From Pseudomonadota bacterium (GTDB lineage Bacteria > Bdellovibrionota_B > Oligoflexia > Oligoflexales > CAIMVM01): DNA of 64,000 bases. The notes under the pieces were generated by a model. It saw only the letters and a list, made by a program, of their open reading frames with translations. It had not been told where the DNA came from and searched no databases. The translations under genes and the position numbers were made by a program. Location: NCBI GenBank assembly GCA_037142195.1, contig JBAXBA010000002.1, forward strand, positions 1 through 64,000, in the 5' to 3' direction. Positions 1 to 9,487 of this stretch are shown piece after piece (position 1 is the stretch's first letter; the number at the start of each line of letters is the position of its first letter).

Positions 1-53
1 GAAGCTTCCAAATAGGCGCCTTATGGTTATGCCATTTTTTATGAAGATTTTAG

Positions 54-974
54 GTTCATAGAGAAGGACGTAACTGCATCGTTACAGGGTCCAATGCGCA
101 TCTACTCAGCCGTGAGCTAGCATCTGCACTTACAGGACGGCATATCGCAATCGAGCTTCTGCCGTTCTCTTATCCAGAATTTTTAAGGTGTGGTCAAAGT
201 GATAGCGACAATGCGCTCCTTCACTATTTAAAAAGTGGTGGGTTTCCTGAGGTTCTTGTGAGAGGTGCGGATGAGCTCTCTTACCTTGGCACACTATGGG
301 ATTCCATAATCCTGAAAGACGTTGTCCGGCGTTATAAAGTTAGAAATGTGGGTGAACTCCACGATCTGTACTCCATCCTACTCCATGCGATTGGATCAAG
401 GTTCAACAATGATAGCTTGGTGCGCGCTTTAAACGGCAGAGTCAGCGCTCCAACAGTCAAAAAATTTCTTTTGTATGGAAACGAAGCGTATCTGTTTGGC
501 GAGCTTCCTCGTTTTCATTATGGAGCTCGTAAAAGACTAAAATTCGATCGCAAAGCCTATGTTTATGACAACGGCTTTTTACTCGCAAAGAAAGTTTTTA
601 CATCACCTGACCATGGCCGACTTTTAGAAAATATGGTCTTTATCGAGTTAGTAAGACAAAAATTTCGACCTGGACTAAATCTTTTCTATTATGTTACGGC
701 GGATGGTTATGAGGTTGACTTTTTGCTGCGGCAAGGGAGCAAAAATCATGAGCTTATTCAGGTCACTTGGAATATGAGTGAGCAAAAAACAAGAGAGCGC
801 GAAATCCGGGCTTTGCAGCAAGCCGCTTCTGAACTTAACGTGCAAAAGATACGAATTCTCACATGGGATCAGGCTGAAATTTTACAGATGGGTGACATTA
901 CCATAGCCATCGAGCCTGTTCGGCAATGGCTCGTGCAGCAGAATCAGCAACAACAAAAGAACACCAGTTACTAA
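54..974 (+). pseudogene. AAA_14-DUF4143 ATPase, C-terminal two-thirds (5' part missing or frameshifted)
   Basis: The frame is open from 54 (VHREGRNCIVTGSNAHLLSRELASALTGR...GGFPEV) through ORF 258..974 (GRLLENMVF, EVDFLL, LIQV). In-frame stops at 42 and 51 precede it, so Walker A/B are not in frame. Confidence 0.75.
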
Positions 975-979
975 CTTAG

Positions 980-1150
980 TCACCGGCAAAAAAGAAGTCG
1001 TATTCCCGTAAACACGATGGCTCTTAGTTCCTCTGCGAGGAGTTTGAGTAGGGTGCTTTTTCCGCAGGGGCGTACCCCGCTCACATCTTTTACCAATGGT
1101 TTGTTGACGAAGGGTTTGATTCTTTCTGTATAGAGCTTACAGTTCAGCAT
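980..1150 (-). pseudogene. N-terminal fragment (56 aa) of an AAA_14-DUF4143 ATPase
   Basis: Hand translation from ATG 1150: MLNCKLYTERIKPFVNKPLVKDVSGVRPCGKSTLLKLLAEEL..., with Walker A GxRxCGKST, ending at TGA 980-982. Confidence 0.7.
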
Positions 1151-1450
1151 GTCGCCCCCTTATTAGACTGTACTCTAATCTAATTGAGAGCATCATGAAA
1201 GTTTAGGATATACAAGAATGTTTTTCGGGTGTGCCAGTGTGCCGCTGGGGTATGTGACAGGGCTGGAAATCAGGTTTGGCTTTATAATCGATTTAGACTT
1301 GGATTAAAGAGTGTCAAATTGTGAGACGATGAGCAAGCGACAACATGTTGAAATTGGTAGCCTTTTAGATTGGTACAATAATTGTATTTAGAGGCTAGTA
1401 TATGGAACTAAGATTTTATATATAATTTGCCTACAAGGAGGGGGATTAAG

Positions 1451-1723
1451 ATGGATACGAATGATAAATTGGAGCTTCTCCTTATGGGAGCTCAACAATT
1501 TGAATATACAGAGACGGAGCAACGCTGGCATGAATATAGACAAAAGTTAATGAGTAGTCTGTCAGGCGAGTCAGATGAGATAAGGGCTGTTCAGTTACAA
1601 CTAGCTTATAATCGATGGCACGGGATTAAAAATTCTAATGAATTGTTAGCAAAAGGCGAAGAGACCGCATCGGAAGATGGGGAGTTTTTTCAAGGCGATT
1701 ATGGTGGTGAGATTTTTGAATGA
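1451..1723 (+). CDS. hypothetical protein (about 90 aa, acidic)
   Basis: ORF 1427..1723; ATG at 1451 follows a strong SD (AAGGAGGGGG). No recognisable motif. Confidence 0.5.
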   Translation: MDTNDKLELLLMGAQQFEYTETEQRWHEYRQKLMSSLSGESDEIRAVQLQLAYNRWHGIKNSNELLAKGEETASEDGEFFQGDYGGEIFE

Positions 1724-1964
1724 CAGTCGCAAAAAAACCATGGCAACAAGTGACTTCTCACCTAAAGCAACCAGCCGCTATCTAAAAGAATTAAGATAAT
1801 CTTACTTTACGAGGGTCCTGAGCGGTGGCCAAGTAACCTCTATTTTAATGGGGCTAAACTTAGAAAAACTCAGGAGTTAAGAACGGGATACATTATAATA
1901 GTCGGGGCGTGAGGGAGGCTATTATGGATTTATCCCCGGAGAATCAGTGAGCTTCGCTCAATGT

Positions 1965-3152
1965 TCATAAGTTTAAGTTCCGAAGAAATTCCTCTATGGG
2001 CGTTACTTCAATACCATCCGTTCGTAGGCTGGAAGTCGCGACTCGAGCAACTAATGTCTTTCGTATTTGAGGAAATTCCTCTTCAAACGCTTTGATACCT
2101 AAAAAATCGGTCTCCTTTATCCTCTCTCCGCTTTTCACTTCGATGGCCCAGAAGGGCACTCCATCCCGAGTAAGAATGAAATCAACTTCTTTGTGATCCA
2201 CGCTTCGCCAGTAAAATAGGTTTAAGTTCTCTCGAACGTTTTGTGCGCAGTAAATCTTTAGGTTCTGGAATACATAACTTTCCATCGCCACGCCAAACTC
2301 TGGCGTGGCTTCGGAAAGTGAAAATCGGTTCAATATCGCATTAAATATCCCACAATCAAAAAAATAGAATTTTCTACTAGTCATTGCTTTGCGCTTATGG
2401 GTTTCTTGATAACATGGAAGCAGATGCCCAATGAGCGTGTCTTCAAGAACTCCGAACCAAGAAGTTACCGTGGACTCGCTGAGTGCAACGTCACTAGCAA
2501 CGCCACGCATCGAGATTTGTTGGCCCGTTGCCAGAGCTGCGATTTCTAGAAATCGGGAGAACTTTGGTAGGTTGCGCGTGACCCCTTCTGCTCGAATTTC
2601 GATTTCGATGTAGACATCAATGTATCGGCGAAGAACAGCTTTGCGCTGAGCGCTCTTGATAACTGTCGGTAAGCCTCCCCACTGCACAAGTTCTCCAATT
2701 GTGGGAGCAATTTTGGGATCGCTGGTCGCTTCGATATAGGACAGGGGCCAAAATGTTCGAAGTCCTGCTCTTCCTCCAAGAAGGTTTTGACCAGCGCTAA
2801 GGAGTCGGCGCATGCTGCTTCCCGTGAGAATAAATCGAAGGTTTGAATGATTGACTTCGGCTTCGCAAATTTCACTCTGAACAACATCCAACAACGTTGG
2901 AATTTTTTGAATCTCGTCAATAATGACAATGGGAAATTGAGGTGACTTTGCTAGATATTGCCGAATCATTTCGGAAAGATGTTCCGGCTTTGCGTTTAGC
3001 TCGCGGGCCACTCCGGGTTTTAGCAGATCAACGACCAATGCTTTTGGAAACTCTTTGGCGAGTTGAGTCGTCTTCCCAGTTTGGCGCGGGCCAAAGAGAA
3101 AGAAGCTTTCAGTCAAAATATCATCTATAAAATTGTAACTTCTTGTAAACAT
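1965..3152 (-). CDS. AAA_14 + DUF4143 ATPase with C-terminal PD-(D/E)XK-like domain
   Basis: GPRQTGKT Walker A, IIDEIQK Walker B, LTGSS, KFYFFDCG, EVDF...IEVKS. Confidence 0.9.
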   Translation of the reverse strand: MFTRSYNFIDDILTESFFLFGPRQTGKTTQLAKEFPKALVVDLLKPGVARELNAKPEHLSEMIRQYLAKSPQFPIVIIDEIQKIPTLLDVVQSEICEAEVNHSNLRFILTGSSMRRLLSAGQNLLGGRAGLRTFWPLSYIEATSDPKIAPTIGELVQWGGLPTVIKSAQRKAVLRRYIDVYIEIEIRAEGVTRNLPKFSRFLEIAALATGQQISMRGVASDVALSESTVTSWFGVLEDTLIGHLLPCYQETHKRKAMTSRKFYFFDCGIFNAILNRFSLSEATPEFGVAMESYVFQNLKIYCAQNVRENLNLFYWRSVDHKEVDFILTRDGVPFWAIEVKSGERIKETDFLGIKAFEEEFPQIRKTLVARVATSSLRTDGIEVTPIEEFLRNLNL

Positions 3153-3173
3153 TTATATAAATCTCCAAAAATC

Positions 3174-3221
3174 CTTGCCATAGTCATGGATATTTTAAGT
3201 AATATCCGTGACTTTATCAAG
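3174..3221. promoter_or_regulatory. imperfect inverted repeat upstream of the AAA-DUF4143 gene (putative operator)
   Basis: Arms CTTGCCATAGTCATGGATATT / AATATCCGTGACTTTATCAAG with a 6-nt spacer, about 20 bp upstream of the start codon. Confidence 0.55.
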
Positions 3222-3404
3222 AAGAAAGGCCCTTCTCTCTGTGGCAATTGTAAATTTGCAGGGTACGTTTTTGACAGCCCACCGAGTGCTTTGACTCTGT
3301 AAAGCAGAATGAGTGAACCATCGCTAAGAAAACAACGAATGCCTTGCCCATGCCTTTAGTTTTACTAGGCCGTTTTCCTTTAAATATTCTATCGCCCTAG
3401 GAAC

Positions 3405-3605
3405 GGTACTTTCAGCAATTTTAGCCATTAAGACTAGATCAACGGTCGTTACTTTTAGATTTTAAATCATTGATTCCAATGGCATTTTCTGAGACGTATT
3501 CAGCATGTGTTTATATCTTTCTCTGACTTTGGGTTCGAGTTAGTCGGATAACTGGAAACCATTACAATCCTCATTTTTATTAAGATCGCAACTCACCATT
3601 CCATA
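3405..3605 (+). repeat. degenerate direct copy of 37355-37555 (3' tip and downstream region of the 37533..38681 AAA gene)
   Basis: Shared strings such as cattttctgagacgtattcagcatg, agtcggataactgg, tacaatcctcattttt and caactcaccattcca. Confidence 0.85.
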
Positions 3606-3767
3606 GGTGGCCGCTAAAGCCGAATTCCGAAACGGTGTATATTGTATTTGAATATTTGTTTTGTCGTTCCGTAAAAATCTTTTTGTACATACTGACGGAT
3701 TTTTGATTCTAGAAGGCAAAAGATGAGAGGAGGTGGAGCGTAACTCCTGATTTGCCTGATTTTCAAT

Positions 3768-3888
3768 AAATCCACCTGAAGTTGGATTTTAATCCGATTT
3801 AGGCTTCTATCCGCAGAAATCTAACTACAGTTTGATTTTTGTGGACAAGCTGGCCTAGAACTGAGAAAATCATACTAAAGTTGGATTT
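3768..3888. promoter_or_regulatory. three HipB-type palindromic operators at 49-50 bp spacing
   Basis: AAATCCACCTGAAGTTGGATTT (3768), AAATCTAACTACAGTTTGATTT (3817), AAATCATACTAAAGTTGGATTT (3867); consensus AAATCCAACT-N2-AGTTGGATTT, directly upstream of hipB. Confidence 0.75.
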
Positions 3889-3901
3889 TGGAGACGAGAC
3901 C

Positions 3902-4132
3902 ATGTCCCCCAATAAGTCATTTGAAGTTCCCAAAAATATTGAGCATTTCGTGGAATGCGTACGTCAAAGGCGCAAAGCTCTAAAACTTACTCAATCTGAT
4001 CTTGCCGGCCTCTGCGGAATTACTAAAGAGGGGCTAAGTCGCATTGAGCGTGGTGACGTCGAGCCAAAACTCGGGACCATTATGAAGTTGGTCAAGTTGC
4101 TAAGTGGAGATATCGAGGTTAAGTGGAAATGA
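3902..4132 (+). CDS. hipB: HipB-like XRE HTH antitoxin
   Basis: RQRRKALKLTQSDLAGLCGITKEGLSRIERG HTH; overlaps the start of hipA. Confidence 0.88.
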   Translation: MSPNKSFEVPKNIEHFVECVRQRRKALKLTQSDLAGLCGITKEGLSRIERGDVEPKLGTIMKLVKLLSGDIEVKWK

Positions 4133-5412
4133 AACCACGAAAACTCTATATCCACTATGATACCAAAATAGTCGGAATATTGACCGAAGATGAAAATAGC
4201 CTGCCGCATTTTTCCTTTGATTCAAGCTGGTCTGCCGATCAAGATGCCTTTCCGCTCAGCTTAGCCCTACCTCTTCGCGAGGAGCCATATACTGGAAAGG
4301 TAGTCACATCATTCTTTGAAAATTTAATCCCTGAAGGCGACCAACGTCGGCAAATTGAGCAAATCGCCGGGCTGCCAGCGGCCGATGACGCAGCCTATTT
4401 GGAGCGATTTGGCGAAGATTGCGCAGGTGCATTGTCTATATCGATTCATCGACTTCCTATTGCCCAATCTAAAGAGACACGTGAGAAGAATATCCCTTAC
4501 CAATCTATAGAAGATTCGATCAAGAAAGGTATACCAGTAAGCGCTTTACTGGGTGAGGATGGAGATTTTCCACCCTTTTCCTTAGCTGGAGCTCAGGCCA
4601 AGTTTGCTTGTTGCATCCGTGAAGGGAAGATTTATCTACCTGGAGCAGGACAGCCGACTACCCATATCGTGAAGCTACCGATTCGTTCAGGTGAAAAACT
4701 TTTAGACTCAGTCCTAAACGAATACCTTTCGATGCGTTTAGCCAAAATATGCGGTTTAGCGGTTCCTGACGTCATGATCCTTGGGGACAAAGTGCCACTT
4801 TTTGGAATAGAGCGCTTTGATCGTGCAACCAGCTCAAATTTCACTCGTCGCTTGCACGCTCAAGATTTTTGCCAAGCATTTGGTATTCCCAGCAGAGAGA
4901 AATACGAAACCCATGGTGGGCCGTCATTTGCCCTCTGTTATGGCTTAGTAAGGGAACACTCAACGAATGCTGCTCACGATCTCTTAGGACTGATTGATTG
5001 GGTGGGTTTCAATCTCGCCCTCGGCAACAACGATAGCCATGCAAAAAACCTTTCCTTGATTTTATCATCTGACGGCATAAAGCTAGCGCCATTTTATGAT
5101 ATCGTCTGCACCGCTCTCTACCCTCATTATAGTTCGCAATTTGCTTTCCGTTTTGAAGAGGTCCGTAGTTGGGACAAAATAACAAATGCACGCATTGATG
5201 TATTTTCCAAGCATTTAGGATTGCATGGAAATTTCGTGATATCACGTTGGACTACCCTTTTTGACAAATTAAACGCGGGATTCCAGGAACTCCTCATAGA
5301 GTGTTCTACGGATAAGGCTCGGACTAAAACCCTTAAAAAAATCGGACTGGAAATCAAGAAACGTACTCAAAGCCTAGAAAAGGCATTTCAAAAAAAATCT
5401 CCTAAAAAATAA
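4129..5412 (+). CDS. hipA: HipA family Ser/Thr kinase toxin
   Basis: N-terminal FFENLIPEG, FSLAGAQAK P-loop, NNDSHAKN, LAPFYD. Confidence 0.93.
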   Translation: MKPRKLYIHYDTKIVGILTEDENSLPHFSFDSSWSADQDAFPLSLALPLREEPYTGKVVTSFFENLIPEGDQRRQIEQIAGLPAADDAAYLERFGEDCAGALSISIHRLPIAQSKETREKNIPYQSIEDSIKKGIPVSALLGEDGDFPPFSLAGAQAKFACCIREGKIYLPGAGQPTTHIVKLPIRSGEKLLDSVLNEYLSMRLAKICGLAVPDVMILGDKVPLFGIERFDRATSSNFTRRLHAQDFCQAFGIPSREKYETHGGPSFALCYGLVREHSTNAAHDLLGLIDWVGFNLALGNNDSHAKNLSLILSSDGIKLAPFYDIVCTALYPHYSSQFAFRFEEVRSWDKITNARIDVFSKHLGLHGNFVISRWTTLFDKLNAGFQELLIECSTDKARTKTLKKIGLEIKKRTQSLEKAFQKKSPKK

Positions 5413-5439
5413 AATTTAAGTCGGAAGAACCTCTTTCTT

Positions 5440-5787
5440 AATCTCTTCTTCAAGGCAACTTTTTATGGTGAAACGCCCTCACTTAGCCGTTTGCCTATTT
5501 TACCTAGGTAACGACTCAAAATCCCAAACAAATAACACTAGGCTATGGGACAGCATCCGAAAAAGCTCGGTTTTCTCGAAGGGGAAAGGACCTTACTGGA
5601 ATACCCCAAGCAAAACCTCGGGCTGATATTGACCTAACTATTCGTTCGTATGAGGAATTTATCATAAAAATATCGGCTCTATTTGCAAGAAATATGAGAT
5701 CATTTTTCTTGCACAGCTACACTAAAATTAACTACGTAGGAGAGTACAAAAAAAGAGAGACGTTTGGACTTAGAGTTGAGATATGCC
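5440..5787 (+). repeat. mosaic of degenerate copies: 5' end/upstream of the 39401..40582 AAA gene, block 40710-40840, and 5' end/promoter of the DUF6088 AbiEi gene (23500-23690; also 14726-14930)
   Basis: gccctcacttag...gcctattttac; cctaggtaac...cagcatccgaaaaa; caagcaaaacctcgggctgatattgacctaactattcgtt; ttgcaagaaatat...tttttcttgca. Confidence 0.8.
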
Positions 5788-6007
5788 AAACCCATTCCTT
5801 CCATAGTATCGATCCTAATTCGAGGCCTTCGCACTCTGGGAGTTTTGTCTATAGGCACCCTTGGAAACACTCCACCAATCAGAGCAAAAAATGAAAGCCT
5901 TCATCCATTGCCAGTGCTACGCTTTCAAAGTACTTGGCCCTTCTTTTGAAGTTTGATTTCATAATCGACAGGGCCAACGAGAGGGCATAAAGTTGCCCTT
6001 AAGTTCT
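5788..6007 (+). repeat. degenerate repeat R copy 1 (homologous to the region upstream of yeeE, 41732-42350)
   Basis: aaacccattcctt...ttcgcactc...gtctatag; cactccacc.atcagagcaaaa; gtttgatttcataatcgacag; cttaagttct. Confidence 0.8.
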
Positions 6008-6063
6008 CAATTTTCTAATGAAAAATCGAAGGTCTGACTCCGGTCTTTAGCGCGGTCTCTACT

Positions 6064-6948
6064 TTATTCCGTAAACTTTAGATCCATGATTACTTCGATC
6101 CCTTCTTGCCAAGGATATACCTCTACCCCATCGGCTGTAACTCTTGCTTGCTCTTCCTGGCAAAGCACGAGTCGTCTTGCTCCAGGAAAATCACTCTTAG
6201 TATTTTTTAGTGCTTGAAAGTCATCACTCGTGAGATTCTTTGAAGATTTGATTTCCACAAGAAAGGTAACTTTTCCAGACATTTCAATTAGTAAGTCAAT
6301 CTCTAATCCGTCTGAAGTCTGTAAATAACTCAAGCGTATTTGTTTTTCTGAATAGGAAACTCGCCGATGTATCTCAGACATTAAAAAAGCTTCGAACACC
6401 TCCCCATAATAGGAGCTTCTAGGTGTTGGTTCAACATCTAGCAACTCAGCAAGAGATCGTTGTACTCCTATATCAAAAAAATAGAATTTAGGTGCGCTTC
6501 GTTGTCTTGATCGCACACTCCGATGATAGGAGTCTAGAAAAAATCCGACCAGGGTTTCTTCAAGAATAGAAAAATAGCGTTCGACGCTTTTAGCATCTAC
6601 CCCTGCATCACGTGCAATTTTTGAATAGTTAAGAGACCGCATGTGGGACATGGCTGCTACAGGAAGAAATTTTCGAAAGGGATCCATGTTCCGGACAAGC
6701 TGTTCCAGCTGTATTTCCTCTTTGAGATAAGTATGAGCATAACTCTTCAAAAATAGTTTGCAATCTCTAGGGTTATCGTAGGAAAGCACTTTGGGAAGTG
6801 TTCCAAACCGAAGGGCTCTTTCTAAATCAAAAGTTATTCCTATCTCCTTTTGACAAAGAGGATACAAATGAAACGAAAATGACCGTCCAGCAAGTAAGTT
6901 AGCTTGACCGCGTTTAAGCTTGCGCGCACTTGAGCCTGAAAGGGCTAA
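6064..6948 (-). pseudogene. 5'-truncated AAA_14-DUF4143 ATPase
   Basis: The frame extends upstream of ORF 6064..6867 only to ALSGSSARKLKRGQANLLAGR; stop at 6970-6972. Walker A/B are absent; KFYFFDIG and EIDL...VEIKS are retained. Confidence 0.8.
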
Positions 6949-7142
6949 AGCAGTTAACCCAAAACTTAATCAAACTTGAGCAATAAATAGGTTACGATCA
7001 GTAATTACTTGGGCGTCGATTTGGGCATAGCGGGGTCAAAACGTATTCAATGACCAGCTTCTTACCTTTGATTTTCAGGAGGTTGCCGGCTCTTCTCAAA
7101 GGTTTTACAGAAAAAAATTCCATGAGACATGAAAAACACTTG

Positions 7143-7176
7143 CAGTCAGAACCGTTATTATGTATGGTTCTGACTG
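7143..7176. promoter_or_regulatory. 11-bp perfect inverted repeat (orphan operator-like)
   Basis: CAGTCAGAACC-N12-GGTTCTGACTG with no intact gene adjacent. Confidence 0.5.
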
Positions 7177-7623
7177 ATTAGATTTTACATGCGAGCTTTC
7201 TCTTTCAAGTTACCTCAATAGCCAGGACAAAAGTATTACCGTCGAAAATCTGAGGGTTTCAGGAAGGCTTAAAAACCACAAGCTTTCAGGAGCGATTGCA
7301 GATCAAGATTTTTACGAACTGAAATGGCAGCTTGAATAGAAATCGAGGATGTATGGGAATAGGCGTTACCTGGCAGACAGGTTTTTCTAGGGCTCTGAAA
7401 CGCGCTCTACCTGCAGCCGCTTGGAATGGAGGATTTCAAATTATAGAGACTTAAATGCACCGCTTCACCTAAGAAATTTAATAAAAAATAGGACCAGCTA
7501 GGTCCGAATTCACGCCCAGGGAGATGACGGCTCTGGATTCTAGGAGTTTTTCCAAGGAGACAACTAGCATCGATGAAGTGGGAAATGAACAGTCAACTTG
7601 TTATGCACAAGTTTGCGTAAGTT

Positions 7624-7789
7624 TCATGTAGCGGAAGGATCAGCATAGTATCCTGATCCAAGCGCAATCAATTTGACGTCGGCAGCAATGCGCCGCAGAC
7701 TAGCCCCTGAAGCTACAAAGGTTTGGAGCTCGCGCGCGCATAACTCCATTTTTTTTAATAGTTTCAAATAGATCTAGTCTCTTTTTCAT
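7624..7789 (-). pseudogene. frameshifted, truncated AbiEi-type (type IV TA) antitoxin N-terminal wHTH
   Basis: MKKRLDLFETIKKNGVMRAR, a frameshift in a CG-dinucleotide run, then ELQTFVASGASLRRIAADVKLIALGSGYYADP, matching the AbiEi N-terminal pattern. SD GAGG upstream. Confidence 0.6.
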
Positions 7790-7810
7790 GTTTCTACGCC
7801 TCTTCCCAAT

Positions 7811-7858
7811 TGATAATATGTTACCACAATTTCATTTTTTTGTGGTAACATATTATCA
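7811..7858. promoter_or_regulatory. perfect 19-bp inverted repeat, AbiEi-type operator
   Basis: TGATAATATGTTACCACAA-N10-TTGTGGTAACATATTATCA, about 20 bp upstream of the AbiEi remnant. Confidence 0.7.
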
Positions 7859-8152
7859 TATCGACTTGTCGACCCTCTTAAACTCAAGAAAGCTTGAAAC
7901 AGACCTCTAAGAATTCCAAACCTAATCAGGGATTTAATCATAAGGTGAGCTTTGATCTTTTTGCAGTGATTGCTGAATTTCCTCTGAATGTACCACCCAA
8001 TTTCCTTGCATCATATACTAGCCGAGAGGCGGGTTTTGAGCCAATCGGAGTCGATGAAACCGACGAAGAGAAAAGGTAATTTCCACTTATAAATGATGGT
8101 GGAAATTCGGCTGCCAAGGCTCGAAAAGACTTGGGAACGACTGCCATAGCGG

Positions 8153-8527
8153 CTACAAAAAATGTTGCTCAAGCCAAGTGGTAATATCGGAAAGAATGGC
8201 TTTATTTTTGATCACTCTTTCGATTATAAAATCTTCCGCCTCGTCGGGATCGAAGTCTACCCTAACTCCATTCATCTCTAAAAAAATTAAAGTCGTTACT
8301 ATAGCAATTCGTTTATTTCCATCCACGAATCCGTGATTGGAAACCAGACTTTGCAGCAATGCAGCTGCTTGTTCCGAAAGCGAGTTGTAATATCCTGTCT
8401 GCGGTCTTCCAAGTGCAGAAGCCAACAGCCCTGGGTCCCGAAGACCAAGACTTCCACCATCAAGTGCAATCAATTGCTCGTGCAGTTTGATCACCTCGTC
8501 TAGGGTCGGGTATAACGTTGCCTTCAC
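8153..8527 (-). CDS. doc: Fic/Doc family death-on-curing toxin
   Basis: GLRDPGLLASALGRP and HGFVDGNKR Doc motif; coupled to the upstream small gene. Confidence 0.92.
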   Translation of the reverse strand: MKATLYPTLDEVIKLHEQLIALDGGSLGLRDPGLLASALGRPQTGYYNSLSEQAAALLQSLVSNHGFVDGNKRIAIVTTLIFLEMNGVRVDFDPDEAEDFIIERVIKNKAILSDITTWLEQHFL

Positions 8528-8736
8528 TTAGAAAGCCTTCTTACCAGTTCTCGGACGTTAGGATTACTCAACACTCGATCTGCTGCTTCAAGGAATACCG
8601 GACGAACGGCCACTCGATCTAGATACTGTTTCAGTGCTTCATTTACGACATCTTGTTTCTTGCGACCAGACTCTTTGACATACGAATCCAGTTTGTTTTT
8701 GACTGCGGAATCAATTTGGCTTGCAAACTTTTCCAT
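8524..8736 (-). CDS. ribbon-helix-helix antitoxin partner of Doc
   Basis: KFASQID...SGRKKQDVVNEALKQYL RHH pattern; 4-nt overlap with doc; SD GGGAGG. Confidence 0.8.
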   Translation of the reverse strand: MEKFASQIDSAVKNKLDSYVKESGRKKQDVVNEALKQYLDRVAVRPVFLEAADRVLSNPNVRELVRRLSK

Positions 8737-9109
8737 TAGGATCCTCCCCTTGCTTACAAGATCCTATCGGTAGACTATCATGAAATATCAAGAAAATTCT
8801 TGAAAAATATTATACTAATAAATACATATAGTTGGGCTTAGCCCACCCCCTGGAAAGCTTGCCGCTAAACTTTGGGGCTATCCGGAAAAGCTCGGCTTTC
8901 GAGGTGGGGAAGGGCTGGCCTTGGGTAAATGTGACACTCCATTCCAGGCTCTCATCATCCAAAAATGAAGCGCAGCTCAGACACAAAGACACTTGCGTTG
9001 GGATCCTCTAAATCCGTATCCCTATAACCATTTAAAATTACTCAAATTCCCACTTCATTGCGCAAATCTCAGCCTAGCAGTGGGAATATCATTAATAACA
9101 CAACCTTAC

Positions 9110-9370
9110 TTAAGATCTGATGACTTTTGACGTCATGAGTACCCTTAGGGAACTTGTGATTCCGCTTGCAGACTGGTCAAAGGATTTTTCTGGGAGCGAA
9201 TCAAGGTCTAGTCCATCAATCTTTGGCATCTTCATAAATTCTGACTCGGTAAGGCCCGAGCCAATGATAAGTGTATCAAAGAATTCTCTGCCAAAAATCT
9301 CTTGGTTCCTCCGAACCATATACTTCATTCTCTGGTCTCGAGGCATCCCCTAAAACGCGGAGGATGTGAC
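9110..9370 (-). pseudogene. fragment duplicate of the 35703..36080 MNT/BolA-like gene
   Basis: NQEIFGREFFDTLIIGSGLTESEF...DQSASGI is nearly the same as the 36-kb copy; the 5' part is missing. Confidence 0.8.
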
Positions 9371-9487
9371 TACGGAGCAAGCTAGTCACTTATTTCGGTT
9401 TGCCTTAAATCGACAACTAGAAGGAGCGTCATCAAAACAAGTCGAATAGGTCTCTCAATTTCGATGAGTTGATTTCATTTGATCGGC

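Noticed and set aside
934..960. Gln-rich tail (QQNQQQQ) of the first AAA gene
   Set aside because: A short low-complexity terminus with no evidence of function.
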